A stretch of DNA of 64,000 bases from Felis catus (taxonomy: Eukaryota). The notes under the pieces were generated by a model. It saw nothing but the letters and a program-made list of their open reading frames with translations, did no database searches and was not told where the DNA came from. Position 1 is the first letter of the stretch, and each line of letters starts with the position of its first letter. Shown here piece by piece: positions 11,930 through 25,293 of this stretch. The position numbers were made by a program, and so were the translations under genes. The stretch lies in the NCBI RefSeq assembly GCF_018350175.1, contig NC_058369.1, positions 18,354,001 to 18,418,000 on the forward strand, in the 5' to 3' direction.

Positions 11930-12990
11930 TAACAGTAAGTGTTTTCTGGGCACCTATTATGTGCCAGGCACAATTTCTAGAGTCTGAGGATATAGCAGTG
12001 AACCGAACACAAAAATTCCTATCCTCAAAGAGCTTAACATTACATTCTTGTAGGCTTGGATGTGCATGCTGAGACAGACAAAACAAGGTAAAATTTAAAA
12101 ATATATAGTGTATTAGAATAATGGTATGCTTTGGAGAAAAAGCAGAGAAGAAACATTGATTATTGAGGTGCTACAGTTTTGAATAATTTGAGAGAACCCC
12201 TGGAGGTGGTGGATGTGGTTTGGCCTATTATGCTGATAATCTGAAGGAAGAGTGATCCAAGTGGAGAAAACAGTATGGGAAAGGGGCCTGAAGCTGGTTG
12301 TGGTTCTGGTTGTGGTGCTGGTTCCCAGCAAGGGAAAGCAGCAGTGAGAAGCCCCATTAGAAGTGTGGAATGGAGTGTAGATGGGAAAAAAGCAGGGCTA
12401 AGGGGAGATTGCAGACACCAGAGATAATCATGGGAATTCTGGCTTGTATTGGAGTAGGGTAGGAGCAGGGATAACATGATCTGACTTAAGGTTAGAGGAA
12501 CTCTGAATCTAAAGTTGTCAGATTTAGCAAATAAAAACACAGGACACCAAGTTAAATTTGAATTTCAGGTAAACAATATTTTTTTTAGTACAAGTGTGTC
12601 CTGGGCAATATTTGGGAAGTTCAAATTTGAGCATCCTATATTTTATCTGGTAAACCTATAGAAGAAGGAACTTAAAGTGGACAGATTCTGCATATGTTTG
12701 AAGGAATCATAGTATTTGCTGACAGACTGGATGTGAGAAGAGAGTCAAAGAGGACTCTTAGATTTTGGCTTGAGCAACTAGAAAGATGGAGTTGCTGTTA
12801 ACTGGAATAGGACGACTGTAGGTGGAGAATGTTTTGGGGAAAAAAATGACAATCTTAGTTTTGGACATGTTGGTTTGTGGTGCATACTAGTCACCCAAGT
12901 AGAGATGTCAGGCCAGCACTTGAATATAGGAGTCTGAAGTTCAGGAGAGGGGTCTGGGCTGGAGGTAACAATGTTGGGTGTTGTCAGCTA
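11930..12990. mobile_element. L2 relic interrupted by a MITE
   Basis: L2 motifs (GCACCTATTATGTGCCAGGCAC, AGTTTTGGACATGTT, GTTCAGGAGAGGGGTCTGGGCTGGAG). Confidence 0.65.
12512..12658. mobile_element. MER53-like palindromic MITE with an internal deletion
   Basis: GTTGTCAGATTTAGCAAATAAAAACACAGGACACCAAGTTAAATTTGAATTTCAG ... CATCCTATATTTTATCTGGTAAACC resembles the recalled MER53 consensus. Confidence 0.7.
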
Positions 12991-15436
12991 ATACAGGCAT
13001 TTACCAATTCATACATCAATTTTTTGTGTGGAAAATTTCAAACATGTCAAGTAGAAATCATTGGATGAATGAATGCCAATGTACCCATCACCTAGCTTCA
13101 ACAATTATCAACCCAGGGGCAGTCTGTACCCCTTTCCAGGTCCCCTAATCCATCTCTATTATTTTAAAGCAAAACAAAAGTTTTGGAGATTATTTCATTC
13201 ATTTAAAATTTATGTATGTATAAAAGATAAGGACTCTGTTTTTATCATAACCACAATATCATTACCACACTTAAAGTAACAATTTATTGATATCATTAAG
13301 TAGCTAGTCAATGTTTAAATTTTCTTAATTGCTTTCTTATAATTCAGTATCCAAACACATTGTATTTGGTTGGTGTGGCTCATAAATCTCTTCTAATTTA
13401 TAGTCTCCCACATCTCTTTTTTTTCTTGCCTCTTATGCTTTAAAAGAATATGATCATTTAAACTGTAGAATTAACCCCTCTGGATTTTGCTGATTCCATT
13501 CCACTGGTTCTATTTAACCACTGTATTTTCTGTATACTGGTCCTTACATCTAGAAGGTTAATTAGATTAGGGATCAATATTTTTGGCAAGTATCTTACTT
13601 CTTTGGTAATGCTTGGCACCTCCTGTTGAACCTCATCAAGAGGCTCATACTAGGGCTGGTTCTGTCTTTGTAAATAAAAGATCAACTGAAGGATTTAGGT
13701 GTTTTCAGCCTGATCTATTCATTATAAAGTTTCCTATTACCTTTCACCTCATGGTTTAAACAGCCATTTATGATCATTGTCTAGATCCATTATTTTCATT
13801 GCACCTCCAAAATGGTAATAATCTAATTGTACCATTCATTCTGTGTTTATTAGCTGAAATACGCCTATAAAGAACATTCTCACATCTATATGTTGGTTAC
13901 TTTGAAGTGCATCTTCCTAGAAAGGTAAGAGAAATGATTCTTTTGTCCACCCTACCAGCTTTCAAAATAATAAGGTGGTTGCGTATCTTCCAAAGTGACT
14001 GATGAAGGTTTTAAAAACTATAAATTTAACAGAGGAAGCCCTTTAAGCTAGCTCTCCAGTAATCTTTGGCCCTGGTAGTCTTTGATAGCTTCCTTGTTCT
14101 CTGGGACTAGATATCCCAGACTCAAGTTGTACATTTTCTGCCCCAGAACTGGTTCCTTTTAGTGGTGAATGGTATTTCAAGACCAAAAGCTGGGTGCTAA
14201 GATTGTACATCAAGAATCACTAATAATTTTCTATTTATTTCAGACCTAGGATTATAGGGTTTTTGCTTAACCTTATTTTGTATTTCTATCTCTTTTCTCA
14301 TACACTGAAAATTTTTATTCCCAATGACTACATTAATATATTATTGATTTGCTGTATTCTGATAGATGCTACATGTATATATGTATGTATATTACATGTA
14401 TGTCTATATACATGTATATTATACATATATATATGTATATATATATATATTTTTTACTAACTATGATTACTGAAAACAAATACACAGATTCCTTTACTGT
14501 TCATTTTGTCTTTAGGCTACACTTCACTAGAGATGTGGTATCAAATTATCATATTTAGAGGCACAGGAAATAGACCCTCCTTGTGGGGCTCAATAACCAA
14601 CTTGTATGTTCCATTTTGCTCCTTTGTAGGAATTGCTTGGTTTTCCCCATTTTTTATTTAATTTTGTTTTGTAACTATGTGATTATATGTACTTATTCTA
14701 AAGTTGAAACTGTAAAAACTGCTACAGCTGGAGAAGTCTAGTTTTCATTTCTAGCCTCTCCACCCTATCTCTGCCCTCCAAGGTAAACGTTTTTGTTGGT
14801 TTTCAGTTTATCTATTTTTCTTATCTCTCTCTTCCTCCTTGCTTTTCTTCTTTCCTTACTTAAAAAAAATAAGCACATTGCTATGTGTGTATATTTATTT
14901 ATATTCATGTTCCCTTGACATTTTTGGATGAAATACTGCATACCACATACACTATTCTTCACCTTACCTTTTTTTTTTTTCTTTGTGCTTAGCAATATTC
15001 TGGGAGGTCACTCCCAGAGTATATTGAAGTATATCTTATATACACAAGAATATATATTCCTTTTAACAGTTCCATAAAACTCCATTGTATGAATATACCA
15101 TAGTTTGTTCAACTATTCACCAACTGATGGGTATTGAGTTGTTTATGGTCTTGCTATTACAAATGGTATTGTATTGAAGAGACATGTGTATATATAATTT
15201 TCTATTTCTGTCAAAGTATTATTGGCATAGATCCCAATCCTTAGAAGTAGGATTGCTGGATTAAACAGTAAATACATTTTTAAATGTTCTAGATAGTGCC
15301 AAATTCTCCTCCACAGAGGCCTTCCCAGCAGAAGTGCTTGAAAGTGCCTCTTTCCTTCCAGCCTCAGTAACAGAGTACATTATTATACTTGCATTTTACC
15401 ACCTTTATACAAAAGAAAACAGTCTCTATGATTAAC

Positions 15437-16509
15437 AAATTTTTTAATGTTTATTTATTTTTGAGAGAGAGAGAGTGTGTGCAAGCGCGCAGGGGAGGGG
15501 CAGAGAAAGAGGGAGACACAGAATCTGAAACAGGCTCCAGGCTCTGAGTTGTCAGCACAGAGCCTGATGTAGGGCTTGAACCCACAGACTGTGAGATCAT
15601 GACCTGAGCTGAAGTTGCATCAGCTTTCCCTCTGGTTCTTTTATGATTTCATTTTTATATTATCTCTGATCCATTTGGATATTTTGTAGTGTATGGTGAA
15701 AGGACTAGATCCAATCTTAATCTTTTTTCATGTAGTTATTCAGTTATCCCAACTCTACTTTTTTTTTTTTAGGTTTCTTTATTTTGAGAGAGAGAAAAAA
15801 AGGCAGGGAGAGGGGGAGAGAGAGAATCCCAAGCAGGTTACTTGCTGTCAGTGCAGAGCCTGATGCAGGGCTGAATCCCACAAACTGAGATCATGACCTG
15901 AGCTGAAATCAGGAGTTGGATGCTTAACGAACTGAGCCACCCAGGTGCCCCTAAAGATTTTTTTTTAATGTTTTAACGTTTATTCATTAAAAAAAATTTT
16001 TTTAATGTTTATTTTTGATTGAGAGAGAGAGTGCACGAGCAGGGAAGGGGCAGAGAGAGAAGGAGACACAGAATCTGAAGCAGGCTCCAGGCTCTGAGCT
16101 GTCAGCACAGAGCCTGACGTGGGGCTTGAACCCACAGACTGTGAGATCATGACCTGAGCTGAAGTTGGATGCTTAACCAGTTGAGCCATCCAGGCACCCC
16201 ATAAAGTTTATTCATTTTTGATAGAGACAGAGTGTGAGCGGGGGAGGGGCAAAGAGAGACAGGGAGAGACAGATCTGAAGCAGGCTCCAGACTCTGAGCT
16301 GTCAGCACAAAGCCTGACTTGGGGCCCGAAACCATGAACCAGGAGATCATGACTTGATCTGAAGTCAGATGCTTAATCGACTGAGCCACCCAGGCACCCC
16401 CTAAAGATTTTATTTTTAAGTAATCTCTACACTCAGTGTGGGGGGTCAAACTCACAATCCTGAGATCAAGAGTCACACATTCCACTGACTGACCCAGCCA
16501 GGTGCCCCC
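15437..16509 (-). mobile_element. Cluster of about five SINECs just upstream of the first IHO1 coding exon
   Basis: Repeated SINE bodies, all on the minus strand. Confidence 0.9.
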
Positions 16510-16688
16510 AAAATACCTGTTTCTGACACATAGGTAATGGGAATTTTCACCAATTGAATGGGAATATAGTTGCTGAAATGTCTTCATCCATATATAACAG
16601 TCACCAGTAAAGTCATCTTTGGGGGGAAAGTTATACTTAACCTTTTAAATTAATATTCCTCTCTTTTCAATAGGGCTAACCATAAGAA

Positions 16689-16744
16689 ATGAATTTTAAC
16701 GTCTGGAATATCAAAGAGATGCTCAGTATTCCCTCAGGTTCTGG
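16689..16744 (+). CDS. IHO1: IHO1 coding exon 1 (MNFNVWNIKEMLSIPSGSG); the exon begins at 16674 with 15 nt of 5'UTR
   Basis: Acceptor TTTTCAATAG ending 16673, ATG 16689, GTAAGT donor 16745. Matches the recalled IHO1/CCDC36 N-terminus. Confidence 0.95.
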
Positions 16745-16934
16745 GTAAGTTATATACTCTGATACTTAATGAAGGTCTTATAGTTGTATTGATTTCATTG
16801 AAAAAGGCTACCTTTCCCATTAGTTTATTAGTAATAGGGTGACTTCATACAGCTTTTTTCCCTTCTTTTCCCTTCACTGCTGCACTCTCCCATATTTGTC
16901 TTTTTCCTTTTGCCTATTTTCTTTTCTTTTTTTT

Positions 16935-17309
16935 CTTTTCTATTTTTTATTTTTTTTAATTTTTTTTTTCAACGTTTATTTATTTTTGGGACAGAGAGAG
17001 ACAGAGCATGAACGGGGGAGGGGCAGAGAGAGAGGGAGACACAGAATCTGAAACAGGCTCCAGGCTCTGAGCGGTCAGCACAGATCCCGACGCGGGGCTC
17101 GAACTCATGGACCGCGAGATCGTGACCTGAGCTGAAGTCGGACGCGTAACCGACTGCGCCACCCAGGCGCCCCTCTTTTCTTTTTTTTAAAGTAGGTTTC
17201 ACACCCATCATGGAGCCCAGTGCAGGGCTTGAACTCACAACCCGGAGATCAAGACCTGAGCTGAGATCCAGAGTCGGATGCTTAACCGACTGAGCCACCT
17301 AGGCGCCCC
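16935..17309 (-). mobile_element. Two adjacent SINECs
   Basis: SINE consensus matches. Confidence 0.9.
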
Positions 17310-18294
17310 TCCGCCTATGTTCTGATGATAAAAGCAATGTCAATTTAGCTATTTGTGTTAATTGAGCAGTGGCTCTGTGTCCAGAACTAGGCCTCTGGAG
17401 TATGAGGCCTGTGAGAATTAGAAATGGCCTAACAATCTAGAAACTGACCTCAGTTGGAGTGATTTCTATTGAAACAGCAAGGATCAAATCAAGACAATGT
17501 TTAGATACGTATTCATTTGTGTGGTACCATTTGTAGGTACTGTGGAGTCAAGAGCTACTCCAGCTGTTGACAAGGCTCACTGAAATACTGCCCCTTCTAC
17601 TACTCCACTGAGGTACTTATATTGGTGTCCATCAGCCATGCAGTGGACTTGCCATTGCTAACTTGGTGGATGTGCCCCAGAATTAGTATATATTTAAGGG
17701 ATTTTTAATTGCTTTTGGTATGCTTTTATTATTAGTTTCTTTTCTTCCTAATACCTTCCTGAAGACAGTTATTAATTCAGCAAAAACCTAGAGCATTGTG
17801 CTTTTTATTTCTCAAAAAGAAAAAAAATGCTTTCAGTTGATACAGAGAAAATCTTTGTTAAATTCCAGATCCTGGCTTTAAGATATAAATCCTACGTGGT
17901 TTCTGGAAGCTCACAGTTTGTTTTTTTTTTTATCCAGCACAGCTAATTATTCTCTTTAACCTAAGAGGGGAGTCATAGAGAGCTATTTAAGCTATTTTGA
18001 GCAACGATTATGCAACCCATATTATAATATATGTGTGCAGCCCATTACCTTAGCTAATCTTAGAAAATGGTTCTATGAGTGAAAATAATTGCTCTTTCCT
18101 GTGCTGAATTATTAGAGTTTCTTTTTGTCTTGCATTAGTATATGTTGGCTTGGATTATGTACTTATATGCTATGTAATTACTTTAATTTAGCTTTATTAA
18201 AAGGAATGATTTGTGTTTGTGCATTTTAATAAAAAGCATGTTTTTTTAGGTTACACAACAGCATTAAGTAACCCAAGTTGTTATTGAGATGTTT

Positions 18295-18878
18295 CTTTTT
18301 TTTTAATGTTTATTTATTTACTTTGACAAGAAGAGAGAGCTCATGCAAATGTGCACAAGCAGGGTAGGGACAGAGAGAGAGAGAGGGAGAGAGAGAATCC
18401 CAAGCAGGCTCTGGGCTGCCAGCACAGAACCGGACTTGGGGCATGATTCTACAAACTGTGGGATTATGATCTGAGCCAAGATCATGAGTTGGCCATTCAA
18501 TTGACTGAGCCACCCAGGTACCCCCATATGTGAGGTTTAAATGTATATATCTATGGGAAGCAAGTTGGAAGTCCACAGCTGGAAGTACTTAGAGCAAGCA
18601 AGAATAAGACACTAAAGGTGTGAAAGGGAATACCACCTTGTTTCAAAAACAATTTTTAAAAAAAAATTTTTTTCAACATTTTTTATTTATTTTTGGGACA
18701 GAGAGAGACAGAGCATGAACGGGGGAGAGGCAGAGAGAGAGGGAGACACAGAATCGGAAACAGGCTCCAGGCTCTGAGCCGTCAGCCCAGAGCCTGACGC
18801 GGGGCTCGAACTCACGGACCGCGAGATCGTGACCTGGCTGAAGTTGGACGCTTACAGACTGCGCCACCCAGGTGCCCC
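18295..18878 (-). mobile_element. Two SINECs (about 18295-18525 and 18665-18878)
   Basis: SINE bodies; the second has the TSD TCAAAAACAATTTTTAA. Confidence 0.85.
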
Positions 18879-18949
18879 TCAAAAACAATTTTTAATGGAT
18901 CCTCCTGTGCACAAATCTGAGTTGATCATATTCTTCAGTCTGGATGAGG

Positions 18950-19951
18950 CCTATTAGTCTGATGGACTGCCATAACAAAGTACCCTAAACAGGATGGTTT
19001 CAACAATAGAAATTTATTTCCTCAGTTCTGGAGATTGGAAGTCCTAGAACCGTATGCCAGGCAGATAATTTCTTATGAGGGCTCCCTTCCTGGTTTCCAG
19101 ACAACTGTCTTCTCTCTGTGTCCTTACATGAAGGAGAAAGAGAGAGGTGTCTGAGTGGCTCAGTTAGTCAAGCATTCAACTCTTGGTTTCAGCTCAGGTC
19201 ATGATCTCACAGTTTGTGGGTTCCACCCTGCATTGGGCTCTGCACTGTCAGTGGGATTGGGATTCTCTCTGCTCTTCCCCTGCTCTCTCTCTTTCTCTCT
19301 CTCAAAGAATAAATATATAAACTTAAAAAAAAAAGGGGGTGCATGGGTGGCTCAGTCAGTTAAGCGTCCAACTTCAGCTCAGGTCATGATCTCACACTCT
19401 GCGAGTTCGAGCCCCACGTTGGGCTCTGTGCTGACAGCTCAGAGCCTGGAGTCTGCTTCAGATTCTGTGTCTCCCCCTCTCTCTGCCTCTCCCCTGCTCA
19501 TGCTCTCTCTCTCTCTGTCTCAAAAATAAATAAAAACATAAAATTAAAAAAAAAAAGAGGGGTGCCTGGGTGGCTCAGTCAGTTAAGCATCCAACTTTGG
19601 CTCAGGTCATGATCTCACGGTTTATGGGTTTGAGCCCCACGTCAGGCTCTGCTGGCAGCTTGAAGCCTGGAGCCTTCTTCATATTCTGTGTCTCCTCTAT
19701 GTTCCCCTTCCCTGCTTGTGCTCTGTCTCTGTCTCTCAAAAATAAATGAACATTAAAAAAAATTTTTTTTTTAAAAGAGAGGGCAAACTCTGGCTTCTCT
19801 TATTGTAAGGACCTTAATTTCATCATGAAGGCCTGCCCTTATGACCATGTCTAACCCTAATTACCTCCCAAAGACCCCATTTCCAAATACTATCACCTTA
19901 GGAATTAGAACTTCAACATAGTAATTTGGACACAAATATTCAGTCCATAAC
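18950..19951. mobile_element. MaLR LTR (MLT1A-like) split by three tandem plus-strand SINECs (about 19146-19775)
   Basis: CTGCCATAACAAAGTACC...AGAAATTTATT...CAGTTCTGGAG start and CACAAATATTCAGTCCATAAC end, typical of MLT1. Confidence 0.75.
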
Positions 19952-20797
19952 TAAGTTGTCCTGTGTTTTTTCTGTAATGATTCCCACTCTCCCTCTAATT
20001 CTGGTCCCTTCCTTCCCTGTAGGCATACTCTAAGAGAGTTAATGAGAGTTCTGTACACTTCTATACACTTAGTTACATACTTGTTTGGTGTGCTATGATG
20101 TATATTTAAAAGGTTATATAAATGATACGTGAATTCATTCAATTTTTACTCTCTGTGCTCAAAATTACATTTTTGAGACTTATCCATGTGGCTATATGTA
20201 AATCTAGCTTATTACTTCAGACTAATGCATCAGTTACTTTATTCCCTTAGTGATTAACAAATTCAACTTTATTTAAAGTTTAATTATTTATTTATTTTGG
20301 GAGAGAGAGAGAGAATATCCCAAGCAGGCTGACACTATCAGCACGGAGCCCAACATGGGGCTTGAACTCACAAACTGTGAGATCATAACCCAAGCTGAAA
20401 TCAAGCATCCAATACTTAACCGACTGAGTCACCCAGGCGCCCCAATAGATTCAACTTTTTGAAAGATAATGTTCTTTTAATCCCTAAAGATTTCAGGAAC
20501 TTTGATCTCCAAAATGGTGTCATAGCCCACAGTGCTCTTGTACCACAAGTAATAGTGTCAGTCCTTAATGTTTGAATTTCCATCAGATTGTTCTTAAGTT
20601 GCTATAATCAAAATGTCTGACATTCAGAATTTCTTTGTGTTTCTTTGTGGGTAGTACTGGCAGTGTGCAGGGGATTAGATCAGAACAAACTAGTACTCTG
20701 CCCAGGATATTCTGAAATGAATAGTTGTGAATTATGATTTCATTTGTTCAGGATGTTTGTCTACTTGCTATACTTTTCTTTTCTTGCTTAATTTCAG

Positions 20798-20972
20798 GAC
20801 CACTAATTCCTCTAGCTGGAATAATAATCAGACTGATCACTCCAGTCTCAGTGATTCCCAGTTCCTCTTTGGATCACAGTTCTGTCCAGAAAGTTCAGAG
20901 ACTCTGTCAGCACCCTTGGACTCTGGTGTCTACTTGAGACACCCAAAACAGTCACAACAGAATTCTCTGGAT
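20798..20972 (+). CDS. IHO1: IHO1 coding exon 2 (TTNSSSWNNNQTDHSSLSDSQFLFGSQFCPESSETLSAPLD...QQNSLD)
   Basis: TTTCAG acceptor, GTGAGT donor, 175 nt, phase-consistent; contains the SDSQFLFGSQFCPE motif. Confidence 0.95.
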
Positions 20973-22171
20973 GTGAGTCTCATTTCCACAGTTGCTCTGC
21001 ATGCATTTCATAGTCATTATGGAGATAAGCTATAAAGACTTATTCTGTTGGATTGTTTTTTAGATTTATACATCTCTAAGGATTACTCTCCTAAATGGAT
21101 TTGTGCTTGTTTGGTGATTCAGTACTCCGGTAGTCTTGGGATCAGATTTGGTAGTCTGAAATGGAAAAAAATATTAATTTGGAGTTTCTTCTATTACTAA
21201 AGCAATATAGAATATTGCCAGTACCTTGACCCTCTTAGAGGGAGCCAAATATTGCATGATATTTTCTTTAAAAAAATTTTTTTTTAATGCTTATTTATTT
21301 TTTGAGAGAGAGAGAGACACACACAGACAGGGGTGGGTGGGGTAGGGACTGAAAGAGACAGAGACACACAATCTGAAGCAAGCTGCAGGCTCTGAGCTGT
21401 CAGCACGGAGCCTGATGTGGGCCTCGAATTCACAAACTATGAGATCTTGACCTGAGCCAAAGTCAGATGCTTAACCAACTAAGCCACCCAGGTGCCCCTG
21501 CATGACATTTTCGAAGACATACTATTGTTTGTGAAAATTTCATAAGAAAGAAGAGCTTTAGAAAAATAGGAATAAAGTAACATAAATTTTATTTTATATG
21601 GACATTTTTTCCTAAGAAACTTTAGATGCTTTGTGGATTTTAGTCTACTATGCTACATTATTTCCTTGAAGAAGGACATGAGGATTCTGAAGACTTGGTT
21701 AGTGAATAAGGGCCAGAATCAAGAATAGAGTCTCATGAGTCCTCGATTTTCTGAGCCCAGCCTGTCTTCTTTAGTGGGTCAGAAATATTTTTACATATTT
21801 ATTTATTTTGGTTTAAAACTAGATTTAACTTTATATACAGACTTAACCTGCATCAAACAGAGACTCCATGGATAAGATTAAGTCAGTGCTTTAAGATAGT
21901 AGAGTATGCTCTCAGATAAGTATTTTGATACAAAAATTGGTACCCAGTGATATGAAGGAGTATATGTACTCCCTGAATGTTTCAGAGTAAGTGTTGCCTC
22001 AAATGCAGGAAATGGCTCACCATATGCCAGCATGCCTACTGTCCAGTCCATGTGAAATTTATTAAGTTTAGTTCAACAGTAATTGAGTTAAACCTATTAA
22101 TGTGAAAACTTTAACATATCTCAGAGACAGCATAAATAATTCAGTTATTGCCTTCAAATTTGTGCAACTGA

Positions 22172-22206
22172 TTTTTTTTAAGTTATTCAAAGTTTATTTT
22201 GTGTGC

Positions 22207-22258
<52 letters not shown>

Positions 22259-22850
22259 AGAGAGCAAGCGGAAGACGGGCAGAGAAAGGGGGGGAGGGAG
22301 AGAGAGAATCCCAAGCAGGCTCCACACTATCAGCACAGAGCCTGATGAGGGGCTCAGACTCACAAACCGTGAGATCATCACCTGAGACGAAATCAAGAGC
22401 TGGATGCTTAACCGACTGAGCCACCCAGGCACCCCTGTGCAACTGATTTTAAGCCATCTTAGCTGATATTTTATTTTTATTTTATTTTTTATTTTTTTTA
22501 TTTTTTATTTTTTATTTTTTTAAAATTTTTTTTTTCAACGTTTATTTATTTTTGGGACAGAGAGAGACAGAGCATGAACGGGGGAGGGGCAGAGAGAGAG
22601 GGAGACACAGAATCAGAAACAGGCTCCAGGCTCTGAGCCATCAGCCCAGAGCCCGACGTGGGGCTCGAACTCACGGAGCGGAGCGCGAGATCGTGACCTG
22701 GCTGAAGTCGGACGCTTAACCGACTGCGCCACCCAGGCACCCCTTTATTTTTTTTTTTAAAGTAGGCTCCACACCTGACATTGGGCTTGAATTCATGACC
22801 CCCGAGAGTAAGAGTCACATGCTCTACTGACCGAGCCAGCCAGGCACTCC
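22172..22850 (-). mobile_element. Cluster of three SINECs, one with an expanded (GA)n
   Basis: SINE bodies; TSDs TGTGCAACTGATTTT and TTAGCTGATATTTT. Confidence 0.9.
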
Positions 22851-23083
22851 AATTAGCTGATATTTTAAATATCTCTGTGCTGGTAAGGCATGAACCTTAT
22901 TAATAAAAAGAGTTTCTTTAATATGATTTTCTGATGAATATGGAATAAAAAGGAAATACTACATGCCATGTTGTTTTTTAATGTTATTGTTTACACTTAA
23001 ATGTGACTATATTATGTAGAAAATAGTGAATGCTATAAATATTTGCATGTATGAAATGCTATGATTTTTTTTTCATTTAACAG

Positions 23084-23247
23084 AGTGAACCAAGTATTTT
23101 CACAAAATACCAGACAAAACCCCAGCTCTTTGGAGGAAATACAAATGATAGAGGCTTATTTCCTCTTCCTTTGTCAGTTGGAAAATCAAAGGGCCTCTTG
23201 GAACAATTTGAGGAGAAAAAGAAAAGGGCAAAAGACAAATGTGACAG
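23084..23247 (+). CDS. IHO1: IHO1 coding exon 3 (SEPSIFTKYQTKPQLFGG...LLEQFEEKKKRAKDKCD)
   Basis: TTAACAG acceptor, GTATGC donor, 164 nt, phase-consistent. Confidence 0.95.
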
Positions 23248-23570
23248 GTATGCAAACCTTTCAAGTGGATGTGACAGCTCATCTTTTCTGAAGGAAACAG
23301 ACAATGGAATATTAACAGTCAAGTAATTCTATTTTAGCATATTAGCACTCTTGCCTTTATAGCTCAGCTAATAATTACTCTTTATTTGCTTAGTTGTCAA
23401 TGTGACTTATGGCAGATTTGAATATGGCTGCCACAGTTCTGGCCCCCCTGAAAAGGACTTCTTAGAGAAATACAATATTCAAGTAATGATGTTTATTCTG
23501 CCTAAAATTCTGCCCTTTTATCTTTTCAGATCATCACAGTTGGGAAATTAGATAAAAGTTGTTTTATGGT

Positions 23571-24240
23571 TGGGCACCGTGGGTGGTATAGTCAGTTAAG
23601 CATCTGACTCTTGATTTTAGCTCAGACCATGATCTCACTGTTGGTGAGTTTGAGTCCTGCATCAGGCTCTGTGGCTGATGGCATGGAGCCTGCTTGGGAT
23701 TCTGTCTTTCCTTCTCTCTGCCCCTCCTCTGCTTGTTCTCTCTCTCTCTCTCTCTCTCTCAAAATAAATAAATAAACAAAAAAAATGTATTAAGGGGTGC
23801 CTGGGTGGCTCAGTCAGTTCAGCATCCAACTTCTGCTCACATCATGATCTTGTGGTTTGTGACTTCAAGCCCCATGTCAGGTTCTGCTGACAGCTCAGAG
23901 CCTACTTCAGATTCTGTGTCTCCCTCTCTCTCTGCCCCTACCCTCACTTGCAGTCTGTCTCACTCACTCTCAAAAATAAATAAACATTAAAAAATATATT
24001 TTTTTAAAAAGTTGTTTTTGGGGGCGCCTGGGTGGCTCAATCGGTTAAGCGTCCGACTTCAGCTCAGGTCATGATCTCACTGTCTGTGGGTTCGAGCCCC
24101 ACGTCGGGCTCTGTGCTGACAGCTCAGAGCCTGGAGCTTGCTTCGGATTCTGTGTCTCCCTCTCTCTCTGACCCTCCCCTGTTCATGCTCTCTCTCTCTC
24201 TCTGTCTCAAAAATAAATAAATGTTAAAAAAAAACATTTA
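23571..24240 (+). mobile_element. Three tandem plus-strand SINECs
   Basis: SINE bodies; the last has the TSD TTTAAAAAGTTGTTTTTGG. Confidence 0.9.
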
Positions 24241-24252
24241 AAAAGTTGTTTT

Positions 24253-25244
24253 TGGCACAAAAACAGACACTCAGATCAATGGAACAGAATAGAAAACCCA
24301 GAAATGGACCCACAAACATATGGCTAACTAATGACAAAGAGGAAAGAATATCCAATGGAATAAAAACAGTCTCTTCAGCAACTGGTGCTGGGAAAACTGG
24401 ACAGTGACATGCAGAAAAATGAACCTGGACCACTTTCTTAACCATACATAAAGATAAACTGAAAATGGATGAAAGACCTAAATGTAAGACAGGAAGCCAT
24501 CAAAATCCTTGAGGAGAAAACAGGCAAAATCTCTTTGACGTTGGCCGCAGCAACTTCTTACTTAACACTTCTCCGGAAGCAAGGGAAACAAAAGCACAAA
24601 TGAACTACTGGGACCTCATCAAAATAAAAAGCTTCTGCACAACAAAGGAAACAATCAGCAAAACTAAAAGGCAACCTACAGAATGGAAGAAGATATTTAC
24701 AAATGATGTATCAGAAAGGGTTAATATCCAAAATCTATAAAGAACTTCTCAAATTCAACACCCAAAAAACAAATAATCCAGTGAAGAAATGGGCAAAAGA
24801 CATGAATAGACACTTCTCCAAAGAAGACATCCAGATGGCCAACCGACACATGAAAAAATGCTCCACATCATTCATCATCAGGGAAATACAAATCAAAACC
24901 ACAATGAGATACCACCTCACACCTGTCAGAATGGCTAACATTAACAACTCAGGCAACAACAGATGTTGGCAAGGATGCGGAGAAAGAGAATCTCTTTTGC
25001 ACTGCTGATGGGAATGCAAACCGGTGCAGCTACTCTGGAAAACAGTATGGAGGTTCCTCAAAAAATTAAAACTAGAACTACTCTACGACCCAGCAACTGC
25101 ACTACTAGGTATTTATCCAAGGGATACAGGTATGCTGTTTCGAAGGGACACATGCACCCCAATGTTTATAGCAGCACTATCGACAATAGCCAAAATATGG
25201 AAAGAGCCCAAATATCCATCGATGGATGAATGGATAAAGAAGAT

Positions 25245-25293
<49 letters not shown>

